A program made the translations under genes and the position numbers. The notes beneath the pieces were generated by a model. The model saw only the letters and a list, made by a program, of their open reading frames with translations. It did no database searches and was not told where the DNA came from. Positions 24,341 through 36,707 of a DNA stretch of 64,000 nt are shown piece by piece; position 1 is the first letter of the stretch, and each line of letters begins with the position of its first letter. The DNA comes from Massalongia carnosa (Eukaryota). The stretch covers positions 2,418,001-2,482,000 of the forward strand of contig OZ287072.1 in assembly GCA_965645245.1 (NCBI GenBank), in the 5' to 3' direction.

Positions 24341-25065
24341 AGCCAAATCAGCACAGCCACACTACCTGGAGCCACAACCTACCAATGAACCGATGCAACC
24401 AACAGCTGCTGATTCTTCCAGAAAAAACGAGATAAAAATCGATTCGTTAGCGTGGGCGATTCTTACGTAACTAGCGCATAGCTTGTGGGGTGTTGGATAC
24501 CAACCTATGGCGCTAGACATTATTATGGTCACGTGTAACAGTAGACCTATTCCGGTATGCGGCACGCATCCTGGACGTCATGGAATCATTAATATAACAA
24601 CAATGAATAACCTCATACTTCTACAAATCTGGAGCCAATCACCTTCGACGAGCACGTCGCAATGTGGTTAAGCACGGACCGGAAAATCCGTCAGATCCGT
24701 CATCTGGCACCCAAGGCCACGACTCCGGCCACATCAGTTCCCGCCAATCGAAGAAACGGCACCAACCTTCCTCCTGCCCCTTTCCCCCGCACTGTCGTCA
24801 AGGGCACGGTCACCCCATCGATCCCAACCCCCGCCTTCCCCCCAGCTGGAGACCCCATGGACCTAAGTCAGGCCATGGCGGCTGTCAAAGGTCAGTCGTT
24901 GAAAACCGAGGGAGTAAGGAAGATCTGCGAGAATTGGAACCTGTGCTTCTATTGCAAATTGCAACACCTCGGGTCGGCCTCCGACTGTCCAAATAAGCCT
25001 ACCAAACGCCTTCGCAACATGGAAGTCGTCTCGACCCTCACTCCCGAGACTGACGACTCGGGAAA

Positions 25066-28000
25066 CGTCTAGACTCTGCGCATCGTCGCGCGCAGAGCCC
25101 TATTTTAATTTCTTCTTGTCTGTTAGCCAACTCGTTTTCTCCCCCCCTTCAATCAAACACTCGTTTTTCCGCAGCCTCCGCTTTGGAGCTGTTTGAAACC
25201 GAAGAAGCGTTTCGAGATAGCCACCTAGTGGTATCATGTATCTTACGTTTAGGTAGATCTCGAATTCAAGCTCTCAATCTGATTGATTGTGGTGCATCTG
25301 GCTATGCATTCATTGACAAGAAGTTTGCGCAAACTCACCAAATCCCCCTTCATCCCCTCAAATACGCCCGACGCCTTGAAGGCTTCGACGGTCAGCCGGC
25401 TCTGACTGGAAATATCACTCATGTGGCCGAGGTAATCATGGACTTAAACGGATATGTAGAAAAATTATTCCTTTTCGTAACAGGACTGAAAACCTACCCC
25501 ATCGTCCTGGGACACCCGTGGTTGCGACGACATCAAGCTCTCGCTGATTTCGAGTCCAACTCTCTCTCCCTGTCTTCCTCTTTCTGCCTGGCTCATTGTA
25601 GCCCTCATCCAGTCAAGGTGAAGGCCTACACGGGCGAGAAATTCCTATCTCCTGCGGAAAGTCAGGAAGTATGGGAATCGGAAAACTACTCGTCCAATAG
25701 TCAAATCCTGTCCGAAAAACCTGTCCTGTCCGATAAAACCACGCCGCGCGATAGTAAGACAACTTCTCTCGAAAATCAGGACATCAGTCGTATCGAAAAA
25801 GCGATTGAACAGGGCGACTCACCGAAAATCCGATATCGAAGTCCCTCTTCGTATCGCACCTCCACTCAGCGACATGCTGCCCAGCAGAATCGCAATCCTC
25901 CTGTTTTGGACGTCTGTGAAATCGGCGCCCTCAACTTCAACTATCTCGGACGAAAAAAGAGTCACGAGATGTTTGCTCTCTCCTTGAAAGAAATCGATCA
26001 CTTTGTCGGCCTGACTCAACCTGAACCTAAGCCTGAACCCAAACCCGAATCTCGCCTTCGTCAAGAGACTGACTGGGCACACTCGAAACCAACCTACCAA
26101 CCCAACCCCCGGTCCAGCCCTAGTGAAAAGAAATATCACTTAGCACTGTTCCGTATGAACCAGGCTCTGACACAGTTATGTTCAGTGACCGAACCCGAAC
26201 CTCAACCCTTGACACTGCAATTATCAGTGACCGCCGAAGAACTGAACGCTTATCGTGAGCGAAAGAACGTCGACCCAGCCCCCCTTCTACCCAAACAGTA
26301 TCACGACTTTCTGGATGTCTTCTCCAAAAAAAGAATCGGACATCCTGCCCGAACACTGACCCTACGACCATGCCATAAAGCTAAAAGAAGGCTCTCCAAT
26401 CCCGAATCAAGCTCTTTATGGCATGAGTCGAACCGAAATCGAAGAACTCCCGCTACCTTGATGAGAACCTGTCGAAAGGCTTCATCCGAGCTAGTAAATC
26501 CCCCGCTGCCTCCCCAGTCATGTTCGTAAAGAAGCCAGGAGGAGGACTTCGCTTCTGTGTCCACTATCGAGGCCTCAATGCCATCACGATTAAGAATCGG
26601 TATCCGCTTCCCCTGATCACCGAAACCCTGAATCGCCTGAGTCGGGCTAAGATATTCACCAAGCTGGACATTATTTCAGCGTTCAATCGGCTCCGCATCA
26701 AGGGAGGAGATGAAGAACTCACCGCATTCAGAACCCGTTTTGGCCTCTTCGAATCCCTGGTCCTACCATTCGGCCTCTGTAACGGCCCCGCCTCCTTTCA
26801 ACACTTCATCAATGATACTCTTCGAGAGTATCTCGACGACTTTTGCACGGCCTATCTAGATGACATTCTCATCTACAGCGAAATTGAAGGCGAGCATGAA
26901 ATCCACGTCAAACGTATCCTCATCAAGCTGAGAGAAGCCGGGCTGCAAGTAGACATCACCAAATGCAAATTTCATGTCACAGAAGTTGCCTATCTCGGAC
27001 TAATCGTAACCACCGAGGGAATCAAAATGGACCCCGCTAAAATCGAAACAGTAACTCATTGGCCAATACCGATCAATATGAAAGATGTACAAAGCTTTCT
27101 GGGATTTGCTAACTTCTATAGACGATTCGTATACGGCTTTAGTAAGATAGCCGGCCCACTGACGAATCTAACCAAAAAGGAGGTCAGCTTTCAATGGACT
27201 GACAAATGTCAACAGGCATTCGAAACTCTAAAAAAAGCTTTCACCTCGGAACTAATACTGATGCATTTCGATCCCGATCGTCCTATCATCGTGGAAACCG
27301 ATGCTTCGGACTACGTCTCTGGTGGTATCCTTTCTCAGTATGACAACGAGAACGTGCTTCGCCCCATCGCATACTTCTCCAAGAAACACAACCTGGCCGA
27401 ATGCAATTATGAGATCTATGACAAGGAACTCATGGCCATCGTCCGATGCTTCGAAGAATGGAGACCGGAATTGGAAGGTTCTGCTCACCCCATCAGCGTT
27501 ATCTCAGATCATAAGAATTTGGAATACTTCGCTTCAACCAAACAACTCAGTCGTCGTCAAGCTCGCTGGTCCGAATTCTTATCCCGATTTGACTTTAAAT
27601 AGTCTATCGACCCGGAAAAGCTGGTGGAAAACCAGATGCACTGACTCGTCGCTCAGGAGACCTCCCTAAAGAGGGGGATGAAACTGATGAAAGACATAAA
27701 CATCAGCATCAAACCATCCTGAAAACTCATAACCTGGACGACGAAGTGGCGAAAAGTTTCTTATCCACGATTATCCTAGCCCCCGCGTTCATCGAACAGG
27801 ATCCCGAGTCCGTTGAACATGATCACGAGTTCATTGAACCTGAACCACAGCTGGATCAGCCTGCCGACCAAACCAATCCTGGCCAAGACCCGACCGACGT
27901 CCCAACTCAGCTGTTATGGGAACAAGCTCTGGAACAGGATCAATTCTCTCTGAAAGTTCTAGACATGCTTCGCAATAATGTCAGATATCATAACGGCATT

Positions 28001-29449
28001 CAGCTAGCCGAATGTGAAGATAAAGAAGGGATTCTTTATTTTCGAAACCGTCGATACGTACCCAATTCGGATCGGCTCCGTTTCCGTCTCATTCAACAGG
28101 CACACGACAGCATAGCAGGTGGCCATCCCGGTCGTTCCAAATGCTACGAACTAATGAATCGATCATACTAGTGGCCCAGTATGCATCAAACCGTCAAACG
28201 ATTCATTCGTAACTATCACACCTGTAGACGATCCAAACCATCCCGCCAACGATACCAAGGATGACTACGCCCTCTGTCCCCACCCGAACGTCGATGGCGT
28301 GACGTTTCCATGGACTACGTAGGTCCGCTGCCTCCGAGCACCTTCATAGGTATAACCTATCGTTATATCCTCGTCTTCATCGATCGCCTTTCCAAGATGC
28401 GACATTTCGTCCCCACCACCTCCATAGAGGTAGAAGAGGCTACTAACTCCTTCTACCAAAATGTATGGAAATTACACGGTCTCCCAGACGCCTTGATTTC
28501 GGATCGAGGCACCCAATTCACCTCCGATTTCTAGGACATCATGTGTAAACGGCTTAGAATTGATGCTAGGCTATCAACCAGTTTTCATCCCGAGACAGAT
28601 GGCCAAACCGAGAGGGCTAATGCAACCATGGAGCACTATCTTCGGGCATACGTCTATTACATGCAAGATGACTGGGCCCAGTACTTACCCGGTGCCGAAT
28701 TCTCCAGCAATAACACCGACTCCTCCAGCATTCTCGCCTCTCCCTTCCTGGCTAATTATGGACAACACCCCAGGGTAGGATTCAAACCCGAAGAGCCCCT
28801 TCCGCAAGACCTGACCGCCCAGGGAATCGCTAACCTGATCGCCGCCAATCGATTCGTAGACAAGATGCGAGACGTAGACACTCACCTACGAGAAGAGATG
28901 TTGATCGCGCAGGCCTCATACGAATCTTCCGCCAATGAGAACCGCCGTCCCTGTCCTCGTTATCTTGTAGGAGACATGGTATGGCTGAACACCCGAAATA
29001 TCCAGACAGCCCGTCCGGCAGCCAAACTGGACGATCGAAATGTCGGTCCTTACCGAGTCTGTAAGGTGTTCGCCAACCCTCTTGTTGTTCAACTGGAACT
29101 CCCCGACACGGTTAAAATTCATCCGGTCTTTCATGTAAATCTGCTACAACACGACGCAGACGACCCCCTCCCAGGACAAATTCCCGAGCTTCGCGACCCA
29201 ATAATAGCCGAAGATGGACAGCGAGAATGGTATGTCAACAGCATTCTGAACTCGAAACTGGACAGACGTTATCAACCTCCGCTTCTCAAGTATTTCGTCA
29301 ACTGGGAAGGACATACCCCCACCTGGGAGCCATTTTACCTACTAACCAACTGTCAACAAGCTCTGGACGAATTCCACGAAGCCTATCCTGGTGCATCCGG
29401 CCCACATCTCACCCCCTGTTCCATTCCTCGATGTCGCTGTCATGAATAA
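25066..29449 (+). pseudogene. Gypsy pol (PR, RT, RNase H, integrase, chromodomain), disrupted
   Basis: Motifs [38 protein letters not shown] and a chromodomain (EWYVNSIL..KYFVNWEG..TWEP). Frameshifts near 26.3-26.5 kb and stops near 27600, 28169, 28262 and 28532. Confidence 0.93.
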
Positions 29450-30165
29450 AACTGCTTCGCAGGAGCTCAGCTCTTGAAAGGGGAACTACTGTCATGAAAT
29501 CGAACCAACCCGATCCAGAATCAATCCCGCAGATGAATCTGACTAGGCTCCCGTTCCTCTATTCAGCTTAGTTAGAATCTCATTAACTAAATCGAGTTTA
29601 GACCCCTCTCAACGGCTTCAGGTCAAAGCTGTACCATCACCATCAAAGCGTACCAACGACAGGAGAACCTCATCTCCACCTTTTATCGTCAAAGACCTCG
29701 TCAAACTTTCGTGCCGTACGTCTCCTAATAGGGGGAGATGAACGCTGATCGAATCTTCATGCAAAGGGGTTCGAGACAAATATAAAAGGAAGGACAAGTT
29801 AATTAGATAGTTGACTCCTTGTCCGACGTCTTGTATAGCAATCCATCACCTAGCTATAGCCTTATTAATAAAGACATCTTGATCACCCAATCCAATTCCT
29901 AGGAACATTAGTTCAATCCCCTGCCCAGTTCTTGACAGTCACGGCACACGATCTACAAAAAATATCGTACGTAGATTCAAGGCAGCTAGCTGGATTGAAA
30001 CGTTGAATCATCCTTCGCAATCCCCTGATCTCAATCTAACGGACGGGGTATGGAATATTCTGAAATAGCGAGTTAGACGGCGACGGTGCAGCAATGTGAG
30101 AGAGTTAAAACAGGTGATTCTAGATGAATGGGACAGAATTTCTATAGATGATATTCGAGCCCGAG

Positions 30166-33100
30166 TTAAGGAGATGCCTGATCGATGAAAGAGATTAATA
30201 GCGATTCTACCTCAATCTGCTTTAAATTCGCAAGATTGTCCATCGCAAGAAGGGTGGTTGAATGTTCGCTTCCCAACGTCTTTCGACTTGCTTTCAGCGT
30301 CTCTTCTATCAACTTTATTGCCTCTTGTTTGCGTCCTAAATCGCTATAACTAATTGCAAGATTGTTCATCGCACCGAGAGTGTCCGGATGTTCGCTTCCT
30401 AGCGTCCTCTGACGTGCCTTCAACACCGTTGCTTCCAATTCCATTGCCTCCTGTTTACGTCCTAAATCGCTATAACTAATTGCAAGATTGTTCATCGTCC
30501 TGAGAGTGTCCGGATGTTCACTTCCTAGCGTCCTCTGACATGCCTTCAACACTGTTTCTCTCAATTCCAGTGCCTTCTGTTTGCGTCCTAAATCGCTATA
30601 ACTATTTGCAAGATTGTTCATCGTCTTGAGAGTGTCCGGATGTTCGCTTCCCAGCTTCCTCTGACGTGCCTCCAACACCGTTCCTTGCAATTCCATTGCC
30701 TCCTGTTTGCGTCCTAAATCGCTATAATCAGATGCAAGATTGTTCATCGTCCTGAGAGTGTCCGGATGTTCGCTTCCCAGCGTCCTCTGATGTGCCTTCA
30801 ACACTGTTTCGTTCAATTCCATTGCCTCCTGTTTGCGTCCTAAATCGCTATAACTACTTGCAAGACTGTTCATCGTCCTGAGAGTGTCCGGATGTTCACT
30901 TCCTAGCGTCCTCTGACCTGCCTTCAACACTGTTTCTCTCAATTCCAGTGCCTTCTGTTTGCGTCCTAAATCGCTATAACTAAATGCAAGATTGTACATC
31001 GTGCTGAGAGTGCCCGGATGTTCGCTTCCAAGCGTCCTCTGACGTGCCTTCAACACTGTTTCTCTCAATTCCATTGCCTCCTGTTTGCGTCCTAAATCGC
31101 TATAATCAGATGCAAGATTGTTCATCGTATGAAGAGTGTCCGGATGTTCGCTTCCCAACGTCCTCTGATGTGCTTTCAACACCGTTTCGTTCAATTCCAT
31201 TGCCTCCTGTTTGCGTCCTAAATCGCTATAGCTAGCTGCAAGATTGTTCATCGACTTGAGAGTGTCCGAATGTTCACTTCCTAGCGTCCTCTGACGTGCC
31301 TCCAACGTCGTTTGTCTCAATTTCATTGCCTCCTGTTTGCGTCCTAAATCGCTATAACTATTTGCAAGACTGTTCATCGTATAAAGAATGTCCGGATGTT
31401 CGCTTCTCACCGACCTCTGACGTGCCTCTAACACTTTTTTTCTCAATTTCATCGCCTCCTGCAGCCGGCCATTCTCATGAAACGCAATCGCAAACCCCTC
31501 CGCCACACTAACACGATTAAGCTCTGAGTATTCGTCAAGAAACGGCTTATCTCTGCAAAGACTTATGCAAGACTCGATATGAGGCAGCAAAGACCGTCGG
31601 AAGCGATAGTCGATTAGCGCATATTCCCAAGACATGGTAGCAGCTAGGGTGGAACTGGTTATTATCCAGGAACATCTCTGAAGCTCTTCCGAGAGTCGGT
31701 CTCTGGCCCACACATGTACCAAAGGATGCATTGACATGCGACGCCCCGTTTCATCAATCCTTTTAGTATCTCTCTTTGTACCTAAATTTATAAGTGAGAA
31801 AGACGCAAGAAGATCTGCCGCTTCTCGAATCATTGTTGGATCCCAATCTCCTGCTTTTTGTTGAGGTTGCATGTAAAACATATGAATTATGTCTTGAGAC
31901 GAGTCTCCTCTCCTATAGTTATTTCTCCACGCCTGCTCAAATATGTCTTCGGTAATCCCATCGTAATGCAAGAAGCTAAATATTCGAAGGAGTTCCATAG
32001 CATTATGAGAAGTCTCGTCACGCTTCTTCTCGATTGCTTCGATGGATATCTCCCAGGTCGTGTACACGCTATATTTGTAATCGGAGTTCGCTTGAACTGA
32101 ACGATGCATTAGCAGTTTTTGCCGACGACGGGTGTACACGTCACAGTATTCTTCGATGCTACAGAGACCCCGCCGTATATATGCGCCGGCTTGAGTGATT
32201 GCAAGCGCTAAAAATCCCAACGTCTGGATTACAGGCTTTGCCTTCCTTCGTGCATCCTCATCAGCAGTATCTTCCGCCCCAGCAGCTTTCAACAGAAGCG
32301 TCACGGCCTCGTCCATGTTCAGTTGTCCGAGCTCGCACGAGCCTACAGTTGAGTGGATCTTACAGTCAGGATTGCGAGTAGTGAGCAGGATGGAGCCTCT
32401 ATTGCCTGTCGGAAAGAAGTCGGAGACGTCTAGAGACGGGTCATCGGCGTTGTCAATGATCAGCAGCCAGGGATCTTGAATATTTGACAACCATAGTCTT
32501 ACAGCCTTAGGGTCCTCTTCCACTCCACACGTTCGAGATATTTCCAGAAACCCTTGTTGAGCTGTAATGTAGTTACTCGCATCGATCCAGAAGATGCCCC
32601 AAAACCTAACCTTCAGCATCAATCCTGAAACAGACACAAGCCCGAAAGCTCTCGGGTTTAACCACTTACCTTTCCCGATAATCTTGAGCGAATTTAAGAC
32701 AGGCTTGAGTCTTTCCTGAGCCTCCTAGGCCAAACAAAACAAACCTTTTCTGCTTGGAAGGCATCTTTTCATTGTCGAAGGGTAAACACCCTTCAGAGAT
32801 GTTTTGAATTAAGTCATCGCGGCCAGTAAATATCGTACTTAAGTTGAAAGGAACACAGTAATGTTTGTTATAGGACGAGACACTGCAAAGATCTAGATTC
32901 ACATGAGCAAAATATATATGCAAAATCATTTTAAATGAGTACTTTGGTTGAATCTACGTACAGGATTTATTTGAAAGAATACTATCTTGTTCCTTTATCA
33001 TCCTACGAACCCTCTTGAAAAGCTTCTCATACACCTCGTCCTCGCGCTCCATGAACTTGCACATCTCTTCGTGGTTTGCGTCCACTGGAATCTGTTCTTC

Positions 33101-34010
33101 TCCGTCGATCTCTAACAGTGCAGAATGTTTCTCCACGATCTAGTAAAAATTGTTCTGTTGGTCAAGTTCATATTTATAAGCAAAGTTCTCATCTTGGTGC
33201 TTACCAAAGTGGAAAGCGTCTTCATTGGCTTCATCTCGTAGAAGCTATACACCTGATATTTTGGCAGCTGAAATCTAAAGTTGGTCGTGAGTGACATCAA
33301 CGCCTCACTGTTCACTTGCAAGGCATTGACAAGGCGTGGCGATGGTTTGTTCAGAACAGCCGTAGCAAGAGTTGCAAGGACCTTTCCGTATGCTGCTTTT
33401 TCGCTTCCCCGATGAGGAGTTCCTAGAAACACAATCCCGATTGTGGACTCGCTGATGCTGTTGTATCGATGCTCAAGTTTTGCCTGAAATAGCGCCTGGA
33501 TCACGCAACATTAGACACACGCCTCTCGATCAAACTTAGCACTGACTTGTTTAATCACTATTCCGCCGAGCGAATGTCCGACAAATATAATGGGACGGCG
33601 CAGCTCCTAAGAAATAGCTCAGCCTTAGCGTCTTCGGGATCTAATGAATATCGGCAACCCACATCATCTTCCTCGCGCTTATCAATCAAACCGCTAATCA
33701 AACTCCTTGCATGATCTATGATATCTGCAGTGGTGTTCCCGAATGCCACATCAGCATTGTATCCAAATGTCATGACCCGAGCATTAGGTACGTCGTGTGG
33801 AAGGAAGTCTTTGAGCCAGAAGGCATTCGTCTGACGGCTCGTCCAAGTCTTCTTCGGGTCTCCATTGAGGCCATGAACCGCAATGATACTGAGTAGAAGA
33901 CGTAAGTATATCGGTATGTTACAGGAGCGGCGATGTATAAAGGCTCACTCAGCCTTGATGACCTCCGACTTCCCCGCGTCTTTTGATGGATATAAAACCC
34001 GTAATCCCAT
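30166..34010 (-). CDS. NLR2: paralog of NLR1 with 10 TPR units and a replaced C-terminal tail
   Basis: Same 7-exon layout and motifs as NLR1. Homology stops at 30205, then 12 codons of antisense Tc1 sequence lead to a stop at 30166. Confidence 0.9.
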
Positions 34011-34968
34011 GTCGACGGCTTTTTAGACTCACATAGATCGTGCGTGTTGCTTCCGCTCTTTGCGTTTCAAAGCCAGCAACCGACCAAGTGTGAAAGACTC
34101 CGCGAACGTTACGGTTAATATGTTGACGAACAGATTTTAGAACGAGGCTGAGCAGCTAAAGCCCAAAGTAGGCTCCAGCTACTACGCGAGCGGCTTTCCA
34201 ACTTTGTGAAACGTCAACAGTATCAGAAGGGGTATACCTGTTAGAAATGCTATCACAACTCGTTGACCGGTTGTCAGTTTCTACAATCTGACTACTCGAC
34301 AAAGCATTGAAAGCATCTTATCAAAGCTATCGTCACGATCTGTTGCTAGAATATATTCCAACAAACCCAAGCCTTGTTGACATGTGTTGGAGAGAGACGT
34401 TCATACCAGGTAATGACTTGTGCGGTCGGGGCTGCAGCGCCGGAGATCTAGACAGACGTATGTACATAACTAAATCAATTTTGCTTCAGATTTACAGGAA
34501 CTACACTGCTTCACCAAAACATATCATCACCCACCACAATCTGCGGCCGTGTCAAGTGGCCGGAACCCCTCAACGCACTGGGACGAAGGATAATCATCTA
34601 GGCAAGAGCACGGTCTTTGGGGGAATATGTCTTAAATATTGAATCGCCTGTAATTTTTGGCTAGATTGTGTTCCGAATCTTTGCTTACAGTTTCAAGGCG
34701 TATAGTGAGTGTGAAAAGCATTACGAATGGGCAATCAAGGTATCAGAATTGCGAGGAATTATAGTTGGATGTGTGTATGAAACCAGGGAAAGAGAATGTA
34801 TAAGTATTGCTAATCGAAGCATTTGCTAGCCAGCATGATGTTTTTAAGAGAGACATTCATAAGAAAGAACTATTATACATGAGCTACTATACAGACGCAT
34901 GGATTACATACTCATGTTTGTTTGTGGTCGCATCAGCATGCCCGATTACCTTTCAAAGCTCTTGACCC

Positions 34969-35630
34969 CTAATTATATTCTAACTCCTTACATTTATCCT
35001 TGGAGGCTTTTCCTACAAGCTCAGCCAAATCTTGACAGACTTCACTAGCCGACCCGTAATTCCCCATCCAGCAATCCCGCACAACGTCGCCTCCCCAATC
35101 AGGCCTCAACGAAGGAAAGCGAGTCGATTCGAATCGCGCTAGGATTTCCGACTCATCGTCACGAGGATCCAGCTCTGGGAAGGGTTCGTGGCCTTGCATG
35201 ATCTCGTAAATAGCGGAGCCCAGGGCAAATATGTCGGTCTTCTGATCGGTGTGATTCGCATCGTGGCGGGGCATCTATGACTTGATGTTTTCCGATAGGT
35301 AGCCATCAAGATGCGTGCTCCTGTCTGGAAAAAGGTGTCGGCCCTGGAAGTCGGCGAGTTTTACATTCATGTCTGCATCGAAAAGGAGGAGATTATGCGT
35401 GTGGATGGCACAGTGAAGAACTCCTCGGCTATGAACATAGGCCACGGCCTCCGCGGCTTGCTGTGATCATTTCAACTTCTGGGACAGAGTCGCGTGATGG
35501 AGATTCTGCGCCACATTTCCGTTGACCGGGTATTCGAGACGTAGGCCTTGCTGCGCGTCACCGCCCTTGAACTTGATGATCCGAGGATGCGCGCGCCGAG
35601 AATGTGGAGGATTTGCACCTCGATGTCCAA
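34969..35630 (-). pseudogene. Protein kinase pseudogene, copy 2
   Basis: Mirror of 4719-5378. It shares the KS-TAG stop and the missing catalytic Asp (HCAIH), and has its own W>stop change and 2-bp frameshift. Confidence 0.85.
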
Positions 35631-35901
35631 GCTTCTCTGTGCCGCAAGGTCAAGCGCTCTGTTATTTTATAAATTTAACATATTATAATTTACAAAGCGT
35701 AAATAAATCAAATAATTAAATGAACAAAAATCTACCACAGCATATCTTATTTTGCTTTCGGTTCATTGGAATCTAACTGTTTTTCAACAAATCAACAAAT
35801 CCAAAAAATAATATGTCGATCCTTCCGGCTTTCCGGGGTCTTCTAAGAATCAGAACAAACCTATCCCTGATAAAATTATACGCAAAATAATTGGTCTTCA
35901 A

Positions 35902-36707
35902 CTACTTAGCGTCTTTCCCAAGCACTCCATGAATCTCAAAGATAGGCTTCGTGTTCTTCTTAATCAGGAGGACCTTGAACTTAATCCTATTGTATTCGTT
36001 GTCGGTCTGGCTTACCTTAAGTTTGTTCCTCTCCAAGCAAATTGGTTCTTGAGTGATGCGACAGATGATCTTTGTGAAACAGAGGGTCTCTTCCTTTTCA
36101 CGGGCATTCCATTGCTCGGGGTTCTTGTTCTGATCGATTTTGGCGAACTTCTCAGTCCAAGTTTGAGGGTTTGGGGCGCGATCAACAATAACTAGAAGTA
36201 GAGACGCGAATTTCCACTCCTTCCAAGGGCTTGGCCTTTCGTGGTCGCCCCAGGTGAGAGGAGTACTTGCTCTTAACGCCATGCGTGAGGCCATCAGTGT
36301 CCTCCGGAGACGGCGGGCTCTTCGAAACTTGGTTTCAGCTTCAGTATGAGTCCGGCAATGAGGCTAAGTACTTTTCCTTTCTGCTTCCTAAGATTTGCTA
36401 AGAGATCCTTGGCCCATTGGTTGATGCGCTTCTTGTCTGACTTCTCGAGCGCACGGCATCGGAAGTGGAAGGCGATCACTTGAATAAGAACGAGCTTCAA
36501 TAAACATACGATGAGCGAGTCATAGTAATGCTGAATGTAGAAGTGATTCTTCGGATCGAGACGTCGAAACAGCTTGTCCTCAACTACCGCAAAGTACCCG
36601 TTATAGGGGTCGCTGGAATCAACACTATTCTCACTTATTAGGTAGCTGTGCAGGGGTATTAGGCGGTTAGAAGCATCGGTATCTGTATGGTGGAACTCTT
36701 TGCGCAT
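35902..36707 (-). pseudogene. Hypothetical gene relic (two abutting ORFs, 137 and 130 aa)
   Basis: Protein-like ORFs, less decayed than the arm A copy. No family recognised. Confidence 0.35.

Larger units (their letters stand above)
19076..24625 (+). mobile_element. Ty1/copia LTR retrotransposon, apparently intact
   Basis: LTRs at 19076-19238 and 24491-24625 are identical except for a 28-bp indel. TSD AATCT, PBS GGTTATGAGCCC, and PR-IN-RT-RH order. Confidence 0.97.
18324..25072 (+). pseudogene. Gypsy gag, interrupted by the copia element (18324-19075 plus 24631-25072)
   Basis: The frame rejoins across the TSD as VPGTN-LEPITFDEH. It contains the PMDLS motif and a CFYC..H..C knuckle. Confidence 0.88.
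17806..29937 (+). mobile_element. Ty3/gypsy chromovirus LTR retrotransposon, degenerate
   Basis: 448-bp LTRs at 17806-18253 and 29490-29937 with about 10 substitutions by eye. TSD GTCAC, purine tract before the 3' LTR, and gag-PR-RT-RH-IN-chromodomain order. Confidence 0.97.
16590..30204 (+). mobile_element. Degenerate Tc1/mariner element, split by two LTR insertions, right end deleted
   Basis: Left TIR-like sequence CAGCGGGTGTCAAAAG. Transposase pieces at 16690-17423, 17602-17805 and 29943-30204 rejoin (RSGRPKK, FQEDNDHSH|GTRS, HPSQSPDLN, EWDRI...KEMPDR), with stops. No right TIR. Confidence 0.85.
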
